Below, in pieces: positions 1-7,303 of a stretch of 12,813 nucleotides of DNA. The position numbers were made by a program, and so were the translations under genes. Origin of the DNA: Acidobacteriota bacterium (GTDB lineage Bacteria; Acidobacteriota; UBA6911; JACQSX01); the NCBI GenBank assembly GCA_036507075.1, contig DASXQR010000033.1, forward strand, positions 1 through 12,813, given 5' to 3'. Under the pieces are notes generated by a model that was given only the letters and a program-made list of their open reading frames with translations, made no database searches and was not told the origin of the DNA. Numbering within the stretch: position 1 is the stretch's first letter; each line of letters begins with the position of its first letter.

Positions 1-132
1 TTCAACCGGCGCAAATCCGCGTCGCGCGGGAAACTTTTCTACCGTCTCGTCCAGCAGGCCGTGCAGGTCGAGCCAGCTCCATTTTCAACTCTGATCAAAC
101 CACAACCTGTAGTACGTGGTGGAGTCAAGTAA
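1..132 (+). CDS. IS1595-family (ISXO2-like DDE) transposase, 3' end (partial)
   Basis: Frame 1 is open from the window edge: FNRRKSASRGKLFYRLVQQAVQVEPAPFSTLIKPQPVVRGGVK*, stop TAA at 130-132. FNRR...RGKLFYRLVQQA is the characteristic C-terminus of IS1595-family transposases (recognised from memory; too short for the ORF track). Confidence 0.8.
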   Translation, partial: FNRRKSASRGKLFYRLVQQAVQVEPAPFSTLIKPQPVVRGGVK

Positions 133-138
133 ATACCC
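1..138 (+). mobile_element. Right end of an IS1595-family insertion sequence; probable terminal inverted repeat ~121-138 (GGAGTCAAGTAAATACCC)
   Basis: The transposase stop lies within this motif and the sequence switches to a simple repeat at 141. The left end is outside the window, so the IR and exact boundary (138 or 139) cannot be confirmed. Confidence 0.6.
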
Positions 139-140
139 CT

Positions 141-198
141 ATTGGTCATTGGTCATTGGTCATTGGTCATTGGTCATTGGTCATTGGTCATTGGTCAT
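141..198. repeat. Perfect heptanucleotide tandem repeat (ATTGGTC)x8 + AT; STRR2-like (TTGGTCA)
   Basis: Eight identical copies counted at 141-196, plus 2 nt. The unit is a rotation of the cyanobacterial STRR2 consensus TT(G/T)GTCA. Confidence 0.97.
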
Positions 199-216
199 GC
201 AGAATGAAAGTTCAGA

Positions 217-267
217 GGCTTGGTGCCTTGGTGGTTAAAAAAAATTGCACCACCAAGACACCAAGCC
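217..267. repeat. REP-like palindromic element, copy 1 (possible terminator)
   Basis: Arms GGCTTGGTGCCTTGGTGGT (217-235) and ACCACCAAGACACCAAGCC (249-267) are 18/19 complementary around a 13-nt A-rich loop. A T-rich tract follows at 272-283. Confidence 0.9.
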
Positions 268-359
268 AGGCTTTTACTTTTTTGTATCTGTATTCCCATT
301 GCAGTGAATGCACAAATCCTGCATGCTCTTGAATACGTAACTTCCTGGGGAGTGCGGCA

Positions 360-2291
360 ATGAAACCGAGATATCTCCTTTTACTGGCTGTATCATTTTT
401 TGCAATCTCTTCAAAAAGCTCCTCCGCTTTCGAATCGTGGAATCAACAGAATTATTCACAATTCGAAAATCACCAATCGCCGATCCGCAATCGACAATCC
501 CCGGCCCGCCCTAATATTCTTTGGATCACCAGCGAAGACAACGGTCCTCACCTTGGCTGTTATGGCGACTCCTACGCGGTAACGCCCAACCTGGATCGGC
601 TGGCGTCCCGAGGCCTGATCTACCTGCACGCCTGGTCGTGCGGGCCGGTGTGCGCGCCTGCGCGCACCACCATTATTTCAGGGCTTTATCCTCCCTCGAC
701 AGGCTCAGAGCACATGCGCAGCACCACTCGCCTGCCCTCGGGAATGAAAATGTACCCGCAGTTCCTGCGCGAAGCGGGCTACTACTGCACCAACAACAGT
801 AAGGAAGATTACAACCTGGAAAAGCCCGGCGCAGTCTGGGATGAATCTTCAAGGAAGGCCCATTGGAAAAACCGAAAATCTGGACAGCCCTTCTTTGCCG
901 TCTTCAATATCGAAATCAGCCACGAAAGCCAGATACGCCGGCGCCCTCACACGCTGGTGCATGACCCGGCCGGGGTGAGGATCCCGGCCTACCATCCCGA
1001 CACGCCCGAGGTGCGACACGACTGGGCGCAGTATTACGATAACCTCACTTCCATGGATGCGGTCGCTGGAGACTATCTCAAAGAAATTGAAACAGCGGGC
1101 CTGGGAGACGACACCATCATCTTTTATTACGGAGATCACGGGTCGGGAATGCCTCGCAGCAAGCGTTGGCCTTACAATTCCGGCCTGCAGGTACCGCTGA
1201 TTGTTTCCATTCCTGTGAAATTCAAACATCTCGCCCCGCGCGAATACGCGCCGGGGGGCAAATCCGAGCGCCTGGTGAGTTTTGTCGATCTGGCGCCCAC
1301 GCTGTTGAGCCTGATCGGCACTAAACCGCCGCCCCTTCTGCAGGGACATGCTTTCATGGGCCGCTATGAAGAGAGGTGGCAGCCTTACATCTACGGCTTC
1401 CGCGGACGCATGGATGAGCGGTACGACATGGTTCGGTCGGTGCGGGACCAGCGCTATGTTTACATTCGCAATTTCATGCCCCACCTGATCTACGGCCAGC
1501 ACGTGGATTACATGTTTGAGACGCCCACCACGCAGATTTGGAAGAAGCTTTACGACCAGGGCAAGCTGGCTCCGCCCAAAACATACTTCTGGGAGAAAAA
1601 GCCGCCTGAGGAGCTCTATGATTTGCAAAACGACCGGGACGAAGTCAGAAACCTGGCGGGCTCACCCGACCATTCACAGATATTGAAGCGAATGGGCCAG
1701 GCACAGCGTGCGCTGTTGTTCAAAATCCGGGATATCGGTTTTCTTCCCGAAGGCGAGATTCATTCCCGATCCAGGGATTCATCCCCGTACGAAACGGCTC
1801 ATGACGAAAGGCGCTATCCGTTGACAAGAATTGCGGAAACGGCCGATGTGGCTTCTTCTCTGAAGGCAAATTCGCTTCCGCGTCTGAAGAAAGATCTCAG
1901 GGATCCGGACGGCGCCGTACGGTACTGGGCTGCACTGGGAATTCTGATGCGCGGCAAAGAAGCAGTCGCAGCCGGCGGGCCTGAGCTGCGAGGCGCCCTT
2001 TCCGATGCTTCGCCTTACGTGCGCATCGTGGCAGCGCAGGCGCTCGCGCAGTGGGGTGGCGCAGCCGATTTGACGAAGGCGCTGGATGTACTGATACAAC
2101 TGGCGCCCGTCGATAAGAATGGAATCTATGTATCCCTGGCGGCTCTGAACGCACTGGACGCGATCGATGACAAGGCGTCTGCTTTAAGTAACGCAATAAG
2201 GACACTTCCAACATCGGACGCATCGGTAGACGCACGCATGCAGAATTACATTCCGCGGTTGATCGATAAGATCCTGGCGGATCTTAAGTAG
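360..2291 (+). CDS. Exported sulfatase (Cys/formylglycine type) with C-terminal HEAT-like repeats
   Basis: 643 aa. Signal peptide MKPRYLLLLAVSFFAISSKSSSA; RPNILWITSED start of the sulfatase domain; CxPxR motif CAPARTTIISG (651-683); YYGDHG; VSFVDLAPT; EELYDLQNDRDE; HEAT-like DPDGAVRYWAALG and LSDASPYVRIVAAQAL. GGGGAG SD-like sequence upstream. Confidence 0.93.
   Translation: MKPRYLLLLAVSFFAISSKSSSAFESWNQQNYSQFENHQSPIRNRQSPARPNILWITSEDNGPHLGCYGDSYAVTPNLDRLASRGLIYLHAWSCGPVCAPARTTIISGLYPPSTGSEHMRSTTRLPSGMKMYPQFLREAGYYCTNNSKEDYNLEKPGAVWDESSRKAHWKNRKSGQPFFAVFNIEISHESQIRRRPHTLVHDPAGVRIPAYHPDTPEVRHDWAQYYDNLTSMDAVAGDYLKEIETAGLGDDTIIFYYGDHGSGMPRSKRWPYNSGLQVPLIVSIPVKFKHLAPREYAPGGKSERLVSFVDLAPTLLSLIGTKPPPLLQGHAFMGRYEERWQPYIYGFRGRMDERYDMVRSVRDQRYVYIRNFMPHLIYGQHVDYMFETPTTQIWKKLYDQGKLAPPKTYFWEKKPPEELYDLQNDRDEVRNLAGSPDHSQILKRMGQAQRALLFKIRDIGFLPEGEIHSRSRDSSPYETAHDERRYPLTRIAETADVASSLKANSLPRLKKDLRDPDGAVRYWAALGILMRGKEAVAAGGPELRGALSDASPYVRIVAAQALAQWGGAADLTKALDVLIQLAPVDKNGIYVSLAALNALDAIDDKASALSNAIRTLPTSDASVDARMQNYIPRLIDKILADLK
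428..502. repeat. Degenerate heptamer array and imperfect hairpin inside the sulfatase CDS
   Basis: Seven consecutive 7-mers at 454-502: ATTCACA ATTCGAA AATCACC AATCGCC GATCCGC AATCGAC AATCCCC. TTTCGAATCGTGGAAT (428-443) pairs with ATTCACAATTCGAAA (454-468) with one mismatch and one bulge. Confidence 0.7.
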
Positions 2292-2305
2292 GAGTGAACG
2301 CCTGA

Positions 2306-2351
2306 CTTGGCACCTTGGTGGTTCAATTCTTTTTACCACCAAGGCACCAAG
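2306..2351. repeat. REP-like palindromic element, copy 2 (inverted relative to copies 1 and 3); possible terminator between convergent genes
   Basis: CTTGGCACCTTGGTGGT (2306-2322) and ACCACCAAGGCACCAAG (2335-2351) are 15/17 complementary. Its reverse complement aligns with 217-267 and 6148-6194, including the loop. Confidence 0.88.
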
Positions 2352-2393
2352 ACCGCCTAACTTTCATACTGCATGACCGATGATTACTGAAAC

Positions 2394-5300
2394 TCAGCTC
2401 AAAAAGCTGAAGGCGGGCGAGATCCAGGAGAACAGGAACCTTCCCAGTGCCGGAAACTGCGCGGCCAGAAAAGTGGCCACGGGCAGCACCGCGTAAGTAA
2501 ACACCTGCGACAAGAAGCGGCGATCCAGCGACAGGCGATTCGGCTCGGTATTGGCGATGCGGCTCAACACTTCGTTTCTGTCCATTTGAATGAATACGGT
2601 GAGCACCATTGTTACCAGAATGGCCAGGGCAATCCAGATGACGCTCACCAGCACCTGCTGTTGCTGGAAGGGATAGGAGGTCAGGGCCAGGATCAAAAGA
2701 ACGCCGCCAACGGTGGAGCAGATAAGAAGATTCTTTAAGTGGCTGAACACGCAACTGGCAAAGAAAGTAATCTGGAGCGCGCAGAAATCTTCCAGCAGCC
2801 GAAACCAGAACTGCGGAAAAGAGGAAACCGCCCTGCGATAAAGCGTGGCAGAATCGACGTTCAATGGGACCGACTTGGGGTCGTCCGGAAGCAGCGATTT
2901 CCCCGGCCGTCTCTCCCAATGCAGCCACAGATGCTTCATCAACTCGGAAGAGAGTGAAAACAGTTTTCTCTGCGTTTCGCTGCACCAGGCCGACGTACGC
3001 AGCCGCCTTTCGGTGGCGTCCTTCAATTCCTTCTCAAACGTTTCTTTTATATCCTCTGTTCCCTGCAACACACTCTTGATTCCTTCCAGCTCTGCTTCCG
3101 TGAAAAACCCGGAAAGATCCTGCGAAATCATGGTGCGGAAGTGATTTGAAATCAGCACCAGCTGATCAACAGACAAACCCAGCTCCGTAACCGACGGAGG
3201 TCTGGCCGAGAACTGCAGGCTGAGCATTCTGGAAAGTTTCGGTGAGAGTCGATCGAAAGCCTCGGCAATGGGATGCCACGCAAGCCGCCGCAGCAGACGC
3301 CGGAACTGATACCAGGTGGACAAAAATCTCAGCCCGGAGCGGATCACACAAAGTAACAGGATCGTGGTGAGAAGAAACGCAAGCCAGTTGAACCACCGGT
3401 ATTCAAAAGTCGCAAATACCCTGTGTCCGACACCGACGGCGGGAAGCAGCGCTAGCAGCACCATCGAACCGATCGCCAGCCCCGGGGAGGTTCCGCAATC
3501 CCAGGACTTGAGACATCGCAGAACCCTTTCCCGGCTGTGAGAGAGATCCGACTCGCGGGGAGGCGAGCCGGGGAACGGATTCAAGCTCTGCAACTGGTCG
3601 GCAAATTCGTGACGCCACAACTGTGACAGTAACCAGAAGTAGACTCCCACGCTCAGGAAGAGCAGCGGCACGATGGGAGAAAGACCGCTGCCCAGAGTGG
3701 TGGCCCGCTCGTAGAGCAGGTTGTGGACCGGCTTGGTTATCAAAAACAACATCCAGAAGCCCGCCACGACAATTACGAGAGCCACCACTCCGGCCGCGGC
3801 CCCCTTCCAGCGCAGGCGCTCTCTGAGCTTTTCCTTCAGAAGGCTTTGGACGAACAGAACGCCGGAGTCAAACCAGATCCCCGCCAGCGCCCAAACAAGA
3901 AGAAACGCCGCGGAAAGCAGACTGAGATTGACCAGATATCTCCGCCCGTCGGGATCACCCTTCAATTCCATAATCGCCGGGATCAGGCTAATCATTACAA
4001 CCAGCAAATAAAGGATCAGAAAAACCGACAGGTAAGAAAACACATACGCCCGATAGGCAATCCACTGAAGCGCGCCGTCAGCGGTGGGGACCGGGCTCGC
4101 GGCGCTGCACCGGCGCCATTCGATGTTGAAGGAGTATCCCCGCACGCCCCATACGGTGTCGCGGACGGCCGCACGCGCGCCCCGCGGGTAATTTGAGATG
4201 TGAAGAAGGCACCACACTGTCAGCAGCGCCACAAATACCCAAAAGGAAATCGGATGTGCAGTCGGCAACCGTTTGAGCTCCGCCCCTCCCGTTTCGGGAT
4301 AAAACCTGAGCGGCCACAGTCTGCTGCGACCTACCGCCGAGATATAAACCGGCGGTGTCTGCCCCTGATTCAAAGTTTCCCTGGAATAAGAAATCACTTC
4401 AGAAGAAGCAGTCTCGTCCCTCTTCAGAACGGCAGTGACCGCGTTATAGACACCCTCGACCGCCCCGTTCGGAAATTGGAGCAATTCACTGGAGGCCGGA
4501 ACCAGTGGGTATGTGGAGACAACCAGCATCCCGCTCAGATCCGTTATCAGTTCAGGATGGGCGTACAGAATATCGCTTTCGAATGTAATCAACTGGGCGT
4601 TTGGCGCATGCGCTCGTATCAGTCGCGCAAGAAACAGCTTGTCGCGAGTGTCCGTGCCGGCCAAGACGATGTAGCGAATTTTCTGGCGCTCTATGGTATT
4701 CAAAATGTGCGCCAGTTCCAGTTCGGCAACGCTTGCCGTCTGACCGGGCGCGTAGGATGGAAGAATGTCGGAACCCGCGGTAATGCCCTCGGCAAGAGAG
4801 AGCGCCACGGCCTTCTCTTTCCACGGGCTTTTTGCGGCTTCCGCTTTCAATCTTTCATCCCGTTCGTAGGCGGCGCGCAGTTGCGAAACGTGCATCGGAT
4901 AACTCGCCTCGAAGGCGGGCATCTGGTCTTCCTTGGCCGCGCCGGAAGCCTTCGGTGGAAGTTTGCCCAAAAAACGACTGCCGTAGGCGCTGGCCTCGGA
5001 AATGATCGCGACCTTGCTGATACTGATCCCGAAGTAGGGAAGGTAGTAGTCGAAGAACGTTTCTTTCAGCAGATCGTCCGCATACACCAGCGGCAGGAAC
5101 GTGGTTTTGATGGTGTACCCGCCTGCGACCTTTGGTGGAAGCTCGAATTTTAGCAGCGCCGGATTGGCGGGGCTGGTGGCGCTGCCCGAGACAAAATAAA
5201 GTTTGACGGCTCGGCTGCCCGAGTCATCGGCCCCTGCTCCTTCGCCGCCCGCCTTTTTCGAACTAAGACTGGTCTTACCGGGATTATGCAATGGAGGTCC

Positions 5301-6065
5301 CGAGTTCTGCCACTCGCTTAGCGCCATGCGCAGCGAAATTGCCGAACCGGAAAACGAAGGGCCTATCAAGGTGATTTCATACGAGCTGGAAAGCTCCATT
5401 ACGGCGTCAAGCGCCCTCATCAACGCCTGCTTCTGGACCCCGGAAGTAGGAGTTTCCCCTACCAGCAGAATCAGCAGCAGGTCCGGATCCTGCAGCGGCT
5501 GAGAAACGTTCGTTTTGCGAAACAGCAGCACGCCGGGTTCTTGACGATACGCTGCATTTTCCGGCGCGTCAGCTTCGCGCAGAGCATTGAGAGGCCAGGG
5601 AAGCCAATGGCTGTCAAACTGGTATCCCGATTTCTGAACACCGCGCTGGATCGCTTCCAGAAAGTCATCCGAAAAGTTGCTGAGGTGTGAATCGCGAGGG
5701 TCGGGAATCGATGCGATCAGAAATCTCACATGCTTGTCGCCTTCATTCGATTTCAAAACTCGATCCGTGATTCTCCCGCGAACAGCCGCACTCAGCCGCG
5801 TGGCTGCAGCCTCTCCGGACTTTTCAGACTTTTCAAATTCCAGCTCAATTCCGTAGAACCTGCCCAGAATCCAAAGATGGTGTTCCGGTGAAATCCTGGG
5901 CGATTCGACGCCCGCCCTTTCCTGCACCCGCGCGCCGGGGCCATTGGGAGCAGAGGAGCTGGAACTCTGGCTCTTGGAAGGACTCCACACTCCGGGCATT
6001 TGCACGCCCAGTGTCAAACCGAGACCCGCGACGACCAAGAATCCAACCCAACGACGCTCATCCAT
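2394..6065 (-). CDS. Large uncharacterised polytopic membrane protein: N-terminal type-I PBP/Venus-flytrap-like domain plus about 10 TM segments
   Basis: 1223-aa uninterrupted ORF. N-terminal hydrophobic anchor/signal (WVGFLVVAGLGLTLGV), Ser-rich linker, a soluble alpha/beta domain to about aa 600 with LIGPSFSGSAISL, FVSGSATSP and KVAIISEASAYG, then many hydrophobic segments from about aa 605 to the C-terminus. The ORF is well supported; the function call is tentative. Confidence 0.8.
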   Translation of the reverse strand: MDERRWVGFLVVAGLGLTLGVQMPGVWSPSKSQSSSSSAPNGPGARVQERAGVESPRISPEHHLWILGRFYGIELEFEKSEKSGEAAATRLSAAVRGRITDRVLKSNEGDKHVRFLIASIPDPRDSHLSNFSDDFLEAIQRGVQKSGYQFDSHWLPWPLNALREADAPENAAYRQEPGVLLFRKTNVSQPLQDPDLLLILLVGETPTSGVQKQALMRALDAVMELSSSYEITLIGPSFSGSAISLRMALSEWQNSGPPLHNPGKTSLSSKKAGGEGAGADDSGSRAVKLYFVSGSATSPANPALLKFELPPKVAGGYTIKTTFLPLVYADDLLKETFFDYYLPYFGISISKVAIISEASAYGSRFLGKLPPKASGAAKEDQMPAFEASYPMHVSQLRAAYERDERLKAEAAKSPWKEKAVALSLAEGITAGSDILPSYAPGQTASVAELELAHILNTIERQKIRYIVLAGTDTRDKLFLARLIRAHAPNAQLITFESDILYAHPELITDLSGMLVVSTYPLVPASSELLQFPNGAVEGVYNAVTAVLKRDETASSEVISYSRETLNQGQTPPVYISAVGRSRLWPLRFYPETGGAELKRLPTAHPISFWVFVALLTVWCLLHISNYPRGARAAVRDTVWGVRGYSFNIEWRRCSAASPVPTADGALQWIAYRAYVFSYLSVFLILYLLVVMISLIPAIMELKGDPDGRRYLVNLSLLSAAFLLVWALAGIWFDSGVLFVQSLLKEKLRERLRWKGAAAGVVALVIVVAGFWMLFLITKPVHNLLYERATTLGSGLSPIVPLLFLSVGVYFWLLSQLWRHEFADQLQSLNPFPGSPPRESDLSHSRERVLRCLKSWDCGTSPGLAIGSMVLLALLPAVGVGHRVFATFEYRWFNWLAFLLTTILLLCVIRSGLRFLSTWYQFRRLLRRLAWHPIAEAFDRLSPKLSRMLSLQFSARPPSVTELGLSVDQLVLISNHFRTMISQDLSGFFTEAELEGIKSVLQGTEDIKETFEKELKDATERRLRTSAWCSETQRKLFSLSSELMKHLWLHWERRPGKSLLPDDPKSVPLNVDSATLYRRAVSSFPQFWFRLLEDFCALQITFFASCVFSHLKNLLICSTVGGVLLILALTSYPFQQQQVLVSVIWIALAILVTMVLTVFIQMDRNEVLSRIANTEPNRLSLDRRFLSQVFTYAVLPVATFLAAQFPALGRFLFSWISPAFSFLS

Positions 6066-6147
6066 AGGAATTTGCCGGGGGAACTTTCACCATAATCGCT
6101 CGAAAGGAAGGAAATTCAACTATTTTTGGTTATGCCAAAGTTTACAA

Positions 6148-6194
6148 GCTTGGTGCCTTGGTGGTAAAAAATTTGAACCACCAAGACACCAAGC
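6148..6194. repeat. REP-like palindromic element, copy 3, in the divergent intergenic region
   Basis: GCTTGGTGCCTTGGTGGT (6148-6165) and ACCACCAAGACACCAAGC (6177-6194) are 17/18 complementary. Arms are identical to copy 1; the loop is AAAAAATTTGA. Confidence 0.92.
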
Positions 6195-6210
6195 CAAGAT
6201 CAATGACCCT

Positions 6211-7230
6211 ATGCGAATTTTCAATTTCCACACCTGCGGCCGCCTATCTTTGCTTTTGGTCGTGAGCGGTTGTCTCTCTTTTGCCCGCGATTCCAAGTTG
6301 CAACTGCTGGAAGAAAGCCGGGTTTCGATGGCCTGCACGTTTTCGATCGCAGCCTACAGCGCCGATTCCGGCGGGGCGTTTGATGCCGTGAATGAGGCCT
6401 TCGGCGAAATAGACCGCATCGACCGTTTGATGAGCCATTACAATCCTAAAAGCGCGATATCTACGCTCAACCGCCAAGCCTCATCCGGCCCGACCGCCGT
6501 AGACCCGGAGCTCTTTGACTTCATTCAGGAGTGCGTCAGATACAGCCGCGAATCCGACGGCGCTTTCGACATAACCGTCGGCCCACTGATGAAAGCGTGG
6601 GGATTCTTCGAGGGAGAGGGGCGCTTTCCGTCTCCCCTTGCCCTCAAATCAGCATGCGGCAGAGTAGGCTGCAGATTTTTGAAACTTAACGCTGCCCGGA
6701 GAACAATCGAGTTCGAGCGGGGCGGAATGGAACTTGATCTCGGCGGAATTGCCAAGGGTTACGCCGTTGATCGGGCTGTAGCTCTGCTGAAGAAACGTGG
6801 AATTGAAAGCGCCCTGGTGAGCGCCGGCGGCAGTACTGTTTACGGTCTGGGACATCCGCCGGACTGCGAAGGCTGGCCAGTCGGCATTCGCGATCCGATG
6901 GGCAACAAAGGTAATGCCGAAACAGTGCTGCTTTGCAATCGAGCTCTGTCGATCTCAGGAAGTTCGGAAAAGTCTTTCCGGCGCCATGGCGTGACCTATT
7001 CGCACGTGATGGACCCGAGGACAGGGCGGCCTGTCCGCGGCATTTTGAGTGTCGCCGTTCTGGCCGACACCGGGACGGCAGGCGATGCCCTGGATAATAT
7101 CTTTTATGTTCTGGGGCCGGTGAAAAGCAAAAGCTACTTGAGCAAGGTTCCGGGAACTGAAGTGATTTTCTTTTTGCCTTTGGGCAGTCGAGCGTGGAAA
7201 TCGGTCAGGTTGAAAAGAAAAAGCCTTTGA
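6211..7230 (+). CDS. apbE: FAD:protein FMN transferase (ApbE family), probable lipoprotein
   Basis: Motifs GAFDITVGPL, LDLGGIAKGYAVD, W-x-VGIRDP, SISG and YSHVMDPRTG. Start reassigned to ATG 6211 (MRIFNF...LLLVVSGC, lipobox-like VSG|C) because the ORF-track extension from 5944 overlaps the opposite gene and reads through a repeat. Confidence 0.92.
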   Translation: MRIFNFHTCGRLSLLLVVSGCLSFARDSKLQLLEESRVSMACTFSIAAYSADSGGAFDAVNEAFGEIDRIDRLMSHYNPKSAISTLNRQASSGPTAVDPELFDFIQECVRYSRESDGAFDITVGPLMKAWGFFEGEGRFPSPLALKSACGRVGCRFLKLNAARRTIEFERGGMELDLGGIAKGYAVDRAVALLKKRGIESALVSAGGSTVYGLGHPPDCEGWPVGIRDPMGNKGNAETVLLCNRALSISGSSEKSFRRHGVTYSHVMDPRTGRPVRGILSVAVLADTGTAGDALDNIFYVLGPVKSKSYLSKVPGTEVIFFLPLGSRAWKSVRLKRKSL

Positions 7231-7303
7231 ACCACAAAGACACAAAGGCACCAAGTGGCTGTCCATCGCATTATTTAGTGTCCTTTGTGCCTCTGTGGTT
7301 CAA
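7227..7303. repeat. Related palindromic element with arms in the opposite order, overlapping the ends of two convergent genes
   Basis: The left arm TTGAACCACAAAGACACAAAGG-CACCAA (from 7227) matches the reverse complement of 7275-7303 (TTGAACCACAGAGGCACAAAGGACACTAA). It contains the apbE TGA (7228-7230) and the last codons (IEPQRHKGH*) of the opposite gene. Confidence 0.85.

Noticed and set aside
141..267. CRISPR array
   Set aside because: The units are 7-nt tandem copies without spacers, the palindromes are kilobases apart, and there are no cas genes.
299..327. Candidate sulfatase promoter TTGCAG-N17-CATGCT
   Set aside because: Spacing is correct but the match to consensus is too weak to support without data.
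849..1628. 259-aa minus-strand ORF
   Set aside because: Antisense shadow of the sulfatase.
2323..2985. 220-aa alternative-frame ORF at the end of the large membrane gene
   Set aside because: It overlaps an intact gene on the same strand, has no motifs and ends by translating the palindromic repeat.
4200..5153. 317-aa plus-strand ORF
   Set aside because: Antisense shadow of the 1223-aa gene with no recognisable motifs.
5169..5196. VSGSATS as an ApbE flavinylation site in the large membrane protein
   Set aside because: It does not match Dxx(S/T)GA(T/S) and fits the PBP type-I SAT motif better.
6072..6096. Sigma70-like promoter TTGCCG...CATAAT for apbE
   Set aside because: The spacer is only 13 nt; alternatives on the minus strand are also weak.
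5944..6210. N-terminal extension of ApbE in the ORF track (428 aa)
   Set aside because: It overlaps the start of the opposite 1223-aa gene and translates the palindromic repeat; ATG 6211 gives a normal length and a lipoprotein-like signal.
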